A DNA stretch of 64,000 bases from Mobula hypostoma (taxonomy: Eukaryota), in assembly GCF_963921235.1 (NCBI RefSeq), contig NC_086097.1, positions 155,126,001 through 155,190,000 of the forward strand, in the 5' to 3' direction. Position numbers and translations under genes: made by a program. Shown piece by piece: positions 52,366-64,000 of the stretch; position 1 is the first letter of the stretch, and every line of letters starts with the position of its first letter. The notes beneath the pieces were generated by a model that saw only the letters and a list, made by a program, of their open reading frames with translations, had not been told where the DNA came from and did no database searches.

Positions 52366-53028
52366 TAAATAGTGTTGCCTACATTCACTACTGATCCCTC
52401 TACAGAGACATGGAGGCAATGAACTGCATAGGTACCACTGGGTATTCACAGAAGCCAATTAAAACAGCAGACAGAAATAATGTTATTGCTTCGATGCAAT
52501 GAGTTGGCCTGATTTAATTGCATATTACTATCGCAATGCCCTTTATCAAAGGCTGTCAAATTTAACAATTCTGTTATTCCTATAGTAACAGTTGTATAAG
52601 TTCACAAGAATGTAAGAAATAGAAGCAGAAGTCTGTTCTTCACTTTCCTGCTATTCAGTTAGATCATGACAGATCTTTTACTACAGTGTGTTTTCCTGCA
52701 CTTTTCCCATTTTCTGTAATTGCCTTTCCATCTAAAAATCTATCTGCCTTTGGAAAATTTACTCAGTGTATGAGCTTCCATAGACACCATGGGGTGAGAC
52801 ACCAAGTACATAAACAGAAATGTGGTCTCACCAAGGCCTCACATAATTGCAATAAAATAATTTTATTCTTGTTCTGATAACATTGTCTTGGAATAAAAAT
52901 CAACATACTGTTTGCCTCTAAATAGTGTTGCCTACATTCACTACTGATCCCTCTACAGAGACATGGAGGCAATGAACTGCATAGGTACCACTGGGTATTC
53001 ACAGAAGCCAATCAAAACAGCAGACAGA
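52366..53028 (+). repeat. 110-bp direct duplication (52366-52475 and 52919-53028), one mismatch
   Basis: TAAATAGTGTTGCCTAC...AAAACAGCAGACAGA in both; differ at AATT versus AATC. Confidence 0.95.
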
Positions 53029-53320
53029 GCTTGTATTAAGTTTCACTGATCTATGTACAAGCACTAAATGAAACTGAACCTTCAATTTCCCACCACTATG
53101 AAGTTACTTAACTATTCTATTTTTTCAACCAATGTCAATAACCTCATTTTTTTGACATCATCTCACATCTGTCACATCCTCCCCTGTTCACGTAGCCTGC
53201 TTTTCTCCTGCTAAAGCCTTGTTGTATCTTCCATGCTACCACCCAGTTTGAGGTCACAAGCAAACTTGGATATATTACACTTAGTTCTGCTACCCATTGA
53301 TATAAATTACTAACAATATA
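52600..53320 (-). mobile_element. Old CR1 fragment hosting the second 110-bp copy
   Basis: Minus strand gives IILLQLCEALVRPHF; CR1 tail near 52605-52630. Confidence 0.7.
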
Positions 53321-53352
53321 TAATGCTCTAGTAAAGGGTTCACTGTTAACGT

Positions 53353-53992
53353 TGTAGGGTATTTCATGTAATGGTCTTTCTGTAGAAACAGTATTTGGGT
53401 TATGGTTAGAGATAATGGTTGCTTCAGAATGTGAGTCATCCAGTCAAGAGCGCGGGTTTTTTTTGTGTGTGGCTGACACTGGTGTGAGCTTTGCTCTTAG
53501 TTTGGCAGGAGATAAAGAAGATGCTGGAGAGAACCAGTTGTAGATTTGGACCCGGTGGGGACTGTGATTCAGTGCAGTAATGTGAGGAGTCTACTGAGGA
53601 TTGGTGAATATGACTTTTGGAAGAGTTGACTTCCAACCTGTGCACACTTGACTGTTTAATTATGATGACCCTTTTTGCTTTTTTCTTTCTTAACTTAACT
53701 AAGTGGTTAGTAAAGTAAATATTCCTAAATATACTTCCTTTAATTGCATACAGTGTTCTGTCTGTTATTTCCTGGCAACGAGTTGTAACACGGTTGCCAG
53801 TCACACAGCACTCCCACTAACTGGGATTTGGATGGGAAAGATGTCCCAATCCCACGGATTTTGGGGGACCAGAGTGTGTATTCCCTAGAATAGCGCGGCC
53901 CGAGAACGGTGGGTCTTTTGGGGCAGAGTTGGAAGGCTGTCAGCGAGGGCTAATGAGCAGTTTCCAGAGAAACCCAAGAAAGCAGTGTTACA
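53353..53992. mobile_element. Possible old solo LTR
   Basis: TGTA...TACA ends and loose similarity to 1705-2387 (GTCTGTTATTT...TCACACAGCA); no matching TSD. Confidence 0.45.
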
Positions 53993-55204
53993 AGTACTGG
54001 CAAACTCTTGGCTATAGCCTTCCAAGTAGAAAATTGCCTATTTGTTCCGACTGTCTATTTCGTGATATTGAGCCAACCCTTAGCCCACGCCAGTATATTT
54101 GTCCAAATTGTGTGATTCATGTTTGGTTAATAACCTTTTGTGCATTTAATGAAGGTCATCTGAATGACTGAGGCTAATGTATTGATTCTCCAGGATCTAT
54201 TTTGCTCGTTGTAACCTTTGTAAACTTTGTCAATTATGTTTAGTCTTCTATAGATGCATATTGCATTTGCCAATGCTTTTATTACTGTTCACCTGACAAC
54301 TCCTCACACAATTCATGCTCAACCAAGAGAGATGAAAAATGAGAGTCCTATTCTAAGATGCTGTGGATAATCCACTGTCAATGATGAACTTTTCAAACGG
54401 GCCATAAGCTGAAAAGTAAATCCTTGAGAGTTTATTTACAGAAACTCATGGTTTAGGACCTCTGCCATGTTACAATGTCTTTGAAGTAACAGTCATTGTA
54501 GAACTAACAAAATTGCTCAGAAATGGCCAAAACTGATTTAAGCAGTCATTTGAAAGTATAAATAACATTGGAAATAATACCAACTTTAAGATTACAGATC
54601 AACTGTTCCATTACAGCATCTTTGTCATGCTAACGATTGAATATGAAATCTTTCTTTTTTGACTAAACTGAATGGAAATGTTACAATGAAAGGGGAACAT
54701 TGCCTGTGTCAAATTGTCATAAGAATTGGTTTGGATTACAGATAAAGGAAACTCAGAGAGAGGGAGCAAACCAAAAGAGTTGTAGGGAGAAAAAATTCTG
54801 AATAGACACCATGGAGAGCTCTGTCTTAAAGTAATGATAAAATATATCGGAACAAGTAATATAGAACTCCAGGGTAGCTCGCAAGCAAAACACAGACAGG
54901 ATTGACAACTTATTGATAATGTGTGTTTAAGTGTGTAAAATGCTTGGAGTTGCAATTAAAGATAGAAGTACTAGGTAGAGAATAAGAGGTCTAATGAGAA
55001 TACTTATACCTTTTGTAATTTCATGTTGTTTGTCATCATATTTCTAGATTGTAAATTTATATTATGTTTAATTGTGGTTTTTTTTTGCGTTTTAATAAAC
55101 TTAAAGGGGTTTTGGGTTGTGATTTTTAAATGCACTTTTACCACATTAATAGAAAGAATTCCAGCATTTCGTACATGCTGTTTGTTTGTTCTATAGTTTC
55201 CCAT

Positions 55205-55480
55205 TTTCTGTGGCCTCCGCCGGTCGTGGTGGACCATGGGTCCTGTGCCTGTGTTAGTCACTGGTTTGTCGAGCAGCGTCGACTGTGGCTATTGAGGTCG
55301 ATCCTGGAACGCAGGCTCTACCACAAATGCTGCATGTGTCGGGTGTTGTGGAACTGGTGTCTGCTGTGCTCTCTGTTTAGCCCTCCGCTCCTCGAACTGA
55401 CTCAGGATCACTCTTTCGCCTTGCTCTCGGTGTTGCTGAAGAGTACCTCGCCATTTGTTGCGGTCTACTGTCTAAGTAAT
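55205..55480 (-). mobile_element. RTE-clade LINE 3' end
   Basis: Minus strand gives VDRNKWRGTL...SQFEERRAKQR and, across frameshifts, TCSICGRAC/SRIDLNSHSRRC* zinc finger plus a short 3' UTR. Confidence 0.75.
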
Positions 55481-56559
55481 AATCAGGTGAGATCCAGTGC
55501 AATCCTTTGATCATGTATATATTACAGAGTGCAAATGTGCTGTTTAAGAAGAATTTCAAATTAACCTTGCACGTCATTTCGAGCTCTTCACTTCTGGAGT
55601 ATTACTCTGCAAGTTACCACGTAAGGAATTCATGAGAATAAAGATATCACACTGGTGATGATGAAGCATTGGAACAGAATGGTGTCCAAAGCAGGAAAAT
55701 GAGTAAAGGTTTTGAATTGCCTTGCACCTCTGTGACAGGCTGAATCACAACACCTCAGTGCAGATTGGAAGTGATAGGTCTTGAGTCAGACCTAAACACA
55801 GTTGAATTGTTACTAAACTCAACTCTGTTAGAACAGGAACAGAGAAAGATGGCAGCACAGATAATCTGACTATATCGCTCTGATGGTATTGGGTTTGCTG
55901 ACCATGAAGTTCCAAACTCAAATGAAGATCTTCAGCCCTGTCTGACATAGATAATACCACTTGGCACATCAAATAGCTGATCTATTAATATTTGGAAGAT
56001 GTATGTACTGAGAGGGTCAATACCCTTACTAAAGGGAGGTTATACTGTATCCAAAGGCTAGATTACTTCCCTCTTCATCCTCCATAGCAAGTTTAGTTGC
56101 CAATACCCACTAGTTGAGCGGTGAGTCCCTCCTCCCTACCAAGGGGAAGATACTTCCAGCTAACATAGCAGATTAAATACAGTTTATTTATTTTTAGTGA
56201 TACATGCTTAAATCCAGTCAAAATTCTTAAAGCACATTTAAAACTTGGAGTTTTCCAAATTACAATTTCTAAAACAAAGGATTCCAAAACACAGACACAA
56301 TTCCAATAAGCTAAAAAGATATAAGCTGTCTTTTAACTTCAGACTGATCATTGCATGCTATTTACATTATGAACTGAAGACTGGCTACCGTTTATGACAA
56401 GAACCTCAACAAAGCATATTGGTTGAAATTTTAACTTATTCATTTACTCAAAAACAAATCTTTGATCGCTGCAGTGTCAGCTGCTTTGCTAGAAAGCTGA
56501 GCTTGACAAAAAGGACCCCTGGTTCTGCACAGTGAATATCCATCATACGGTTGACAAGA

Positions 56560-57330
56560 AAAGTGGAACCTTTCTTGAACAGGAAGAAGGTTGTGTACTT
56601 AAGGTTTGGGAAGCAATGACCACAGAGGGTTCTTAAGAGTTACAAGGTTGCCAGGGAGGAGCTTAAGAGGAGACTTGGGAGGCGTATGAAGGAGTTGGTG
56701 AGTAGGATTAAGGGAAACCCCAAGGTGTTCTACACAAAGATGGCTAGTGTGAGGGTAGGACTGATCAAGCATAAAAGAAGAAACCTGTGTGGAGTCAGAG
56801 AAGGTAGGGAGGTCCTAAATAAATACATGTACCTTGTTTCAGTATTCACCAGTGAATGGGAACTTGACAAATGTCAGGTCAGCATAAATCTTTCTAATAC
56901 GCTGGAACATGTCCAGGTTAAGAAAAAACATGTTTTGTAAAATATAACAATAGATAGATTGGAGGAGGGGTGGTGGTTTCTGTGGGAAGTGAGGGAAGAG
57001 GTTGTTGCACCTTTGGCAATGAGCTTGCTGAAGTACCAGAAGTTTGGAAGATGGCAATATTATTCCCTTGTTCATGGAAGTTAACAGGGATAACTCTGGG
57101 TTGTAGACCAGTGTGTCCTACATCAGTGATGAGAAAACTTTTGGTGAAGATTCTTAGAAACATTATGAGCATTTGTAAAATCATAGACTGATAAGGGATG
57201 GTCAATATAGCTTTGTGGGGGCAGGTTGTGCCTCATAAACCAATTGACTTCTCGGAGGAAATGACAGAACTAATTAATGAATGGCTGATGTGGTGTATAG
57301 GGATTTTAGTTTGACAAGGATCCCCTGCTA
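56560..57330 (+). mobile_element. Degraded CR1 fragment
   Basis: RIKGNPKVFY, VPEVWKMA and RPVCPTSVMRKLL motifs. Confidence 0.78.
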
Positions 57331-57331
57331 G

Positions 57332-58530
57332 TGTAACAAGAGAGCAATGGATGGTGGTGAACCCAAGTATAGGGGAAGGTCTAAAATAAACTCTGACTCA
57401 AAAAAAACAAGACAACACAAACAATCCAAAGGCAAAATCACGAACAGTAGTACTAGCCATACAACTCCTATGATTGAACACTGAGGCCTTTAAGTACAGA
57501 TTTTCCATGAAGGAACGTGGCAGGCAATAATTAGCAGTCTTGGGTCATAAAGAGGCAGCAGCAGCTAATCATTCTCCAGGGAATTGGAGCATTGAAACTT
57601 GGATACCTGCCACTGTTGGGTTGGGACCTTGACAGAACATCCCTCCTACAGCTAGCTCCTGTCAGCCCAGGGTGATCAGAATGGTGCTAATGAACCGTCC
57701 CTATCAAAGTAGGGTCCAGGCTGTCCCATGGAAGAATCCAGCTTCTTCCTTCATGAGGCATATACCTCCCAATCCATGAGACACTGCTTTTTTACCTTGA
57801 ACAATGTGGATGTGCAAAAGTCATTGGACTGCGTTGGTGTGTTGTCACTCAACAATTCTGGGAGGTGGAGAAGGTTTGGGATGGAGCTGGAACTCAAGGG
57901 CTAGAGACAGGATATGTAGTATGTGGGGCAAAGCTGCATAGTGCTTGGGAATTGGAGACATTTGGCCACTGGGTTGGCACAATGCAGAATTTTGAATGGA
58001 CCGATGTAACAAGCGGCCAAATTTCTCGGTTCAACCCACGTGAGGGCCAGATTTGCCAAATGGGAAGTCTATCTTCTGCAGTGGTTGGCCTGGTCTTGTT
58101 GCTATAAGTTGGCTGGCCAGCAACATCTCTCACTTTAGCCCAGTTCTGGCAATAACTCTGTACCAGTTGGTTTTCTGATGGAAGCCTAACCTCCATTTCT
58201 TGTTCTGGGAACAGTAGAGGGCAATGCCGAAATTGGCATCTGAAAGGGGAATTGCTGACAGATGCATGCGGAAGTGTGTTATGTGTAAGCTGTACCCATA
58301 TCAGGTTGTTACTCCACGTGGTAGGCTAGACATCTGAGTGTTGGCCCTGTCCGTTTGTCCATTGGTCTGTGGGTGGAACCTGGATGACAGCCTAGCAGAG
58401 GCCCCAGTAAGCTCAAAAAAGCCTTCCAAAGCCTAGAAACAAATTGGAGGTTGTGATCAGAGACAATGAGCTGGTGGAAGATGTGCTGTAACATGAGCTT
58501 GATGGTCTTTGAAGCTGGTGGTAGTTTTGG
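57332..58530 (-). mobile_element. Chromoviral (Sushi-like) Gypsy relic: integrase, chromodomain, PPT, 3' LTR (57332-57634)
   Basis: IVSDHNLQFVSRLWKAFLSLLG; DWEVY...EGRSWILPWDSLDPTLI; minus-strand PPT AGGAGGGATG before TGTCAA...GTTACA. Confidence 0.78.
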
Positions 58531-58534
58531 AAGG

Positions 58535-58790
58535 GGTATAAAGTGGTGGTCTTTGGAGAATCAGTCTGTAAGGCAAGTAGGAAGGAGCTTAAGAAGGAAA
58601 TTAGGAGAGCCAGAAGGGGCCATGAGAGACACTTGGCGGACAGGATTAAGGAGAACCCCAAGGCATTCTAGAAGTATGTGAAGAGCAAGAGGATGAGATG
58701 AGAGAGAATAGGACCAATCAAGTGTGACAGTGGAAATGTGTGTTTGGAACCGGAGGAGATAGCAGAGGTACTTAATGAATACTAATGAGG
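58535..58790 (+). mobile_element. CR1 internal fragment
   Basis: KKEIRRARRGHE...RIKENPKAF motif. Confidence 0.8.
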
Positions 58791-58794
58791 AAGT

Positions 58795-59830
58795 AAGTTT
58801 TTTTTCCAGTCTGGTGGTCCTGTTGTGAATGCTTCGTTGCCTCCTTGATGGGAGTGGGGCAAACAGTCCATGAGCAAGGTGGATGTGTCCCTTCATAATA
58901 TTACTGGCATTTTCTAGCACCTTTTTGAATATATGTCCTTGATGGCTGTGATGCAATGGGACAGTTTTAATGGTTTTGAAGTCCTATATAGCTCAACCTT
59001 TCCTTATAAAGCATGCTCCTTAATCTAGGCAACATCCCAGTAAATCCCTGCACCCACTCTGCACAGCTTCAGCTATTTTATGCATTCCTTGCAGAGATCA
59101 AACCTTCCCTTCCCCACCCCCAGGTGACCAAGCGTGGTTGGTGCAGTGAGCAGATCAGAGAACCAAGTTCAATCGTGACCCCAGGTGCTGTTTGTAGACT
59201 GCTTGGACCACGGAGATGAAATGGTCTCTCTGGTTCTCTCTCCTAAGATGCTGCCTGAACTGCTGAGTGTGCTTCTGGCATTTTCTGTTTTTATCTCAGG
59301 TTTACACCATCTGAATTTCTTTTGCCCTCTAATTCTTGAATGCACATCTCTGAAAAGTCTGTGCATATCAGAATCAGGTTTAATGACACTGGCATCTGTC
59401 GTGAAATGTATTGTTTTGCAGTAGCAGTACATTGCAATATATAATTATTTAATAAACTATGAATTACGAAAAGGAAAGTATATAAAATTAGTTAGTAGTG
59501 GAAGAAGAGTGAATAAAAGTTGAGGAAGTGTTTGTAGGTTCACTGTCCATTCAGGAAGCTGATGAAGGAATAGTTCTTCAAACATTGAGTGTGTGTCTTC
59601 AGGCTCCTGTACCTCCCTCTTGATGGTAGCATTGAGGAGAGGGCATGTCCTGGGTGATAGGGGTCCTTAATGATGAATGGTGTCACCTTCTGAAGATTTC
59701 CTCAATGCTGGGGAATCTCTTGCCCATGATGGAGCTGGCTGAGTTTACAACTTCCTGCAGCTTTTTGTCATCCTGTCCAGCGACCCCCTTCATACTAGAT
59801 GATAATGCAACTCGTTAAATGCTCTCCATG
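58795..59830 (-). mobile_element. Rex1 fragments (about 58795-58980 and 59370-59830)
   Basis: ASNIMKGHIHLAHGLFAPLPSRR; ATCAGAATCAGG tail. Confidence 0.65.
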
Positions 59831-59914
59831 GTAATTCAAAACAGTGATGACGGGCTACCCCGGCGTGTGCACACCGTGAAATGGTGAGGGAGGCTCTAGA
59901 AAAATGATAAATTC

Positions 59915-60425
59915 AAGACTCTGCAGATTTTTGAAATCTAGAGCAACGCTCACACCCAAAGTGTCGGAGGAACTCAGCAGGTCAGCCAGCATATGAGACC
60001 CTCCATTGTTTGGGGTCGACTCCTGATGTTGTGTCCTAGCTCTCTACATTGCCGATATGCCAGTCAGGGCAATAGGATATGGAGAGTAAGCTGTTACCCC
60101 TGCAGCAGACTCCCTCTCTCCATGCGGCTTATGAATCCAAAGTAAGGGCAGAGACTGATACAATTTGGCACGAGCGGTGACACAGGCATTGCCAGTCAGC
60201 ATTGAACTCAATGGAAAACTGCTTTTGGGACCCTCGGGGTTTACTACTGAAGCCGTCCTCGCGAGTGGGTAAACTGCAGCTGCAAAGCAGGGGAGGTTTG
60301 AGATCAGACTTTTCCTTCTCCTCTGTGACCCGCCATCCACGGGTAACTGGCCCCATCTGCCCATAAATAAGCATCTATGGAGAGGAATAAACAATCAACA
60401 TTTCGGGCCGTAACCCCTCACTGGT
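59915..60425 (-). mobile_element. Penelope terminal-repeat copy split by an RTE-derived insertion
   Basis: GGAGGAACTCAGCAGGTCAGCCAGCAT resumes as AGCATCTATGGAGAGG. Confidence 0.75.
59993..60369 (-). mobile_element. Non-coding element resembling an RTE 5' UTR
   Basis: TSD AGCAT at 59988-59992 and 60370-60374; minus strand GGAGAAGGAAAAGTCTGATCTCAAACCTCC...GTAAACCCCGAGG recalled from RTE leaders. Confidence 0.6.
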
Positions 60426-60649
60426 GTTGCTCTGTGAGAATGAGCCCCACTACGAGTGTGCCACACCTTTGATTTCGCCAAGCTTTGCTTCTCATCCTGT
60501 TGGGTTAGAATTGGAGCCCACACCTTGTACACTTGCAGGTTGGAGAAAGTGTCACACGGAGATGATGCCACTCCCCACTAACTCTGTGGACTGAGAGCAG
60601 TTAAGTTGTGTGGCTCCTTTCTGTCCTCTCATGGACACACACTGCAAGA

Positions 60650-61320
60650 CTGGTACATAACACATTGGAGTAGAATTAGGCTGTTCATTCCATCCCTTCT
60701 CTGCCATTCCATCATGGCAGATTTATTATCCATCTTCAACCCGTTCGCCAGCCTTCTTCCTGTAACCTTTCATGCCCTTACAAATCAGTAGCCTATCAAC
60801 CTCCACATTAAACATACCCATTGACTTGCCCTGTATGAAACATCCTATTCACATCCACTCTGTCCAGGCCTCACAACATTCAGTTGATGTAAATGAGATC
60901 CTCCACACCCCCGATTCTTCTGAACTCTTGCGATGACCGGGTAGAGTCATCAAATGGTCTGCATATGTTAATTCTTTCATTCCTGGGATCACTCTTGTCA
61001 ATCACATCTGGACCCTTTCAAATGCCCTCATATTCTATTGTAGATAAGGGGCCCAAATGTGTTCCCAATACTTTAAATGCAATCTGACCAATGCCTTGTA
61101 AAGTCTCTGCATTGCATACTTGATTTTATATTCTAGACCTCTTGAAATGAATACGAACATTGCATTTGATTCCATATCACTATCTTAACCTGCAAGTTGC
61201 TCTTTTGTGAACCCTGCATGTCCCTTTCATCCTCTGATTTCTGAATTTACTCCCCCTTTGAAAATAATTTATCCCTTTATTCCTTCGACCAAACTGCATG
61301 ACCATCTTCACTTCCTACCT
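60650..61320 (-). mobile_element. Degraded CR1 3' fragment
   Basis: Reverse complement resembles 3700-4380. Confidence 0.75.
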
Positions 61321-61764
61321 CCCACCTCACTACGAGACTTTGGATGCTGGAATCTGAAGCAACACGCAAACAGCTGGAAGAAATCAGTGGGTCAGGCAGC
61401 ATATGCAGAGGGGAATGAACAATCACTGTCTCTGGAGTAAGGGATAGAACAGATATAACCATTATAAAGAGGAGGGGGAAGCAGGTGAAGCTACAGCAGG
61501 CATGTGATGTGTGAATCCAGGTTATCAGGTGGGGTGTTGGGTGATAAGCAGATGGAGCAGGATGGAGAGAGGGAATGGTGTTTAAAGCATGGACTATTCC
61601 AGTGGTGTTTAGTACTGTGACCTTCTGGAGATGTAATTGAATTTTGCTGTATAGACCTAGTTGTTTTGTTGAGCAATGCAATTGGTGGAAATGTACATGC
61701 AGTAATTCACAACCACTGACATTGAGTTGGGGTTCACTTCAAGAGGCTGGTCTGACATGATGAC

Positions 61765-62335
61765 ATACTAGAACATAGAGTAGTACAGCACAGTACAGGC
61801 CCTTCGGCCCACAATGTTGTGCCGACCCTTAAACCATGCCTCCCATATAACCCCCCACCTTAAATTCCTCCATGTACCTGTCTAGTAGTCTCTTAAGTTT
61901 CACAAGTGTATCTGCCTCCACCACTGACTCAGGCAGTGCATTCCACGCACCAACCACGCTCTGAGTGAAAAAACATTCCTCTAATATCCCCCTTGAACTT
62001 CCCACCCCTTACCTTAAAGCCATGTCCTCTTGTATTGAGCAGTGGTGCTCTGGGGAAGAGGCGCTGGCTGTCCACTCTATCTATTCCTCTTAATATCTTG
62101 TATACCTCTATCATGTCTCCTCTCATCCTCCTACTCTCCAAAGAGTAAAGCCCAAGCTCCCTTAATCTCTGATCATAGTGCATACACTCTAAACCAGGCA
62201 GCATCCTGGTAGATTTCCTCTGTACCCTTTCCAATGCTTCCACATCCTTCCTACAGTGAGGTAACCAGAGCTGGACACAGTACTCCCAAGTGTGGCCAAA
62301 CCAGAGTTCTATGGAGCTGCATCATTACCTGACGT
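61765..62335 (-). mobile_element. Young CR1 3' fragment
   Basis: ORF 61929-62243: LERVQRKSTRMLPGL...RGDMIEVYKILRG. Confidence 0.9.
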
Positions 62336-62646
62336 AACTACGTGTTTTTTCTAACCGTGCTTTATGTACAGTTTTTGGAGGACAATATGAAGTTTGCTAC
62401 AGTTTCCCTTGAACTTAAAACACCTCACCCATTTTATTTGTGAAAACCAACATTGATGACCCTTATGCCCTAAGATGATCCCAGAGTTATTGAACCGGCC
62501 AATGCAGTCTCTTTGAAAATTTCAGTTTTGGGAGTGAAATGCCCTTGCTTGGTTTGTACATTCCATGGCCTAATTCGTCCAGTGAGAAATATCCATGGAT
62601 GACACCAGATATTAATACAGAGTAAAAAGTTCTATTCAAAAGGTTC

Positions 62647-63477
62647 AAAGAAACATCTAAACAAGCCTGATTCATTTTGGAAACAATTCCTGTGGACTGA
62701 TGAAGTTAAAATAGAACTTTTTGTCTGCAATGAACAAAGGTATGTTTGGAGAAAAAAGGGTGCAGAATTTCATGAAAAGAACCCCTCTCCAACTGTTAAG
62801 CATGGGGGTGGATCGATCATGCTTTGGGCTTATGTTGCAGCCAGTGGCATGGGGAACATTTACTGGTAGCGGGAAGAATGAATTCAATTAAATACCAGCA
62901 AATTCTGGAAGAAAACATCACACCATCTGGAAAAAGCCAAATATGAAAAGAGGATGGCATCAACAACAGGATAATGATCCTAAACACACCTCAAAATCCA
63001 CAGTGGACTACCTCAAGAGGCGCAAGCTGAAGGTTTTGCTTTGGCCCTCACAGTCCCCTGACCTAAACATCATCGAGAATCTGTGGATAGACCTCAAAAG
63101 AGCAGTGCATGCAAGACGGCCCAAGAATCTCACAGAATTAGAAACGTTTTGCAAGGAAGAATGGGCAAAAATCTCCCAAACAAGAACTGAAGGTCTATTA
63201 GCTGGCTGCAAAAGGCGTTTACAAGCTGTGATACTTGCCAAAGGGGGTGTTACTAAGTACTGCCATGCAGAGTGCCCAAACTTTTGCTTCAGGCCCTTTT
63301 CCTTTTTTGTTATTTTGAAACTGTAAAAGATGGAAATGAAAAAGTTTTCTTAAAATATTAAAGAAATGTGTCATCTTTAACTTTATGCCATTTGGAATTT
63401 AGTTCATCTTTTACTCGCTTGGCTGTTCACAGTAACAGAAATTTTGACCGGGGTGCCCAAACTTTTGCATGCCACTG
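62647..63477 (+). mobile_element. 3' half of a Tc1 DD34E transposon with IR/DR right end
   Basis: FWKQFLWTDE, KHGGGSIMLW, QQDNDPKH...SPDLNIIE (34 residues between D and E); GTGCCCAAACTTTTGC near 63272 and 63453; ends CACTG followed by TA. Confidence 0.92.
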
Positions 63478-63479
63478 TA

Positions 63480-63850
63480 TCCTTCAAAACCTTCCCAATC
63501 CCTGTACGTCTGGCTATCTTTTAAAAGTTGTTATTGTACCTGCCTCAACCACCATCTCCCACAGCTCATTCCACAAAGATGTCACTCATTGCCTAAAAAA
63601 TAAAGATGCCCCTCAAGTTCCTATTAAATCTTTCCCCTGTCACCTGAAACATATACCCCATAGTCCTCGATTCCCTAATCCTTAGGAAAGACTGTGTGCA
63701 CTCACTGTCTATGTCCCTCATGATTTTATAAACTTCAATAAAGTCAATTCTTAGTCTGCTACAGTTCCCTTCCTGACCAGCACAGCCTCTCCTGAAAACT
63801 CAAGCCCTCAACAACTGACAAAATTCTTGTAATCCTTTTCTACGTTCTTT
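63480..63850 (-). mobile_element. Old CR1 3' fragment
   Basis: CCTGCCTCAACCAC...CAGCTCATTCCA and CCTCATGATTTTATAAAC motifs. Confidence 0.7.
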
Positions 63851-64000
63851 TCAGTTAAATAACATCTTTCCTGTAACAGTGTTCACAGGATTCAGTATCA
63901 GAATCAGGCTTCTTATGAAGGACATGGAGGTAAAAATTACTATAAATTATGATATAAATGAAGAGTACAAAATTAAATGGTTGTTCATGGGTTCATGGAT

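Noticed and set aside
55130..55510. GC-rich plus-strand ORF with splice-like flanks as a host exon
   Set aside because: The opposite strand encodes an RTE C-terminal zinc finger, which explains the composition.
60200..60369. HDV-like ribozyme in the RTE-type leader
   Set aside because: I could not identify the nested double pseudoknot by eye.

Overview
Eukaryotic intergenic or intronic DNA saturated with transposable elements. The repeat set (CR1/HER1-type LINEs, V-SINEs, a Deu-domain SINE, Rex1/Babar, Penelope-like elements, L1, RTE, Gypsy and other LTRs, Tc1, Tigger) points to a cartilaginous fish, most likely a batoid ray (inference). I found no host gene exon, tRNA or rRNA gene I can support; every recognisable ORF is a TE remnant. 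Main elements: a 4.7-kb 5'-truncated L1 with a perfect 18-bp TSD (19088-23752), a deleted Gypsy provirus (39705-44052), a chromoviral Gypsy relic, four solo LTRs with clean TSDs, two GIY-YIG Penelope relics, the 3' half of a DD34E Tc1, and several multi-level nested insertions. Most notable: (1) a minimal hammerhead-ribozyme motif with a loop-less palindromic stem III in the Penelope terminal repeat, with an intact core at 49785-49822 and degenerate copies elsewhere, two of which end exactly at the ribozyme boundary; (2) a TA-flanked Tigger element whose ends match, from memory, eutherian MER2 (candidate horizontal transfer); (3) non-coding Rex1-tailed and RTE-derived non-autonomous retroposons; (4) local duplications of unique DNA. 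All family names come from visual motif recognition, not database searches. Boundaries without a stated TSD are approximate.
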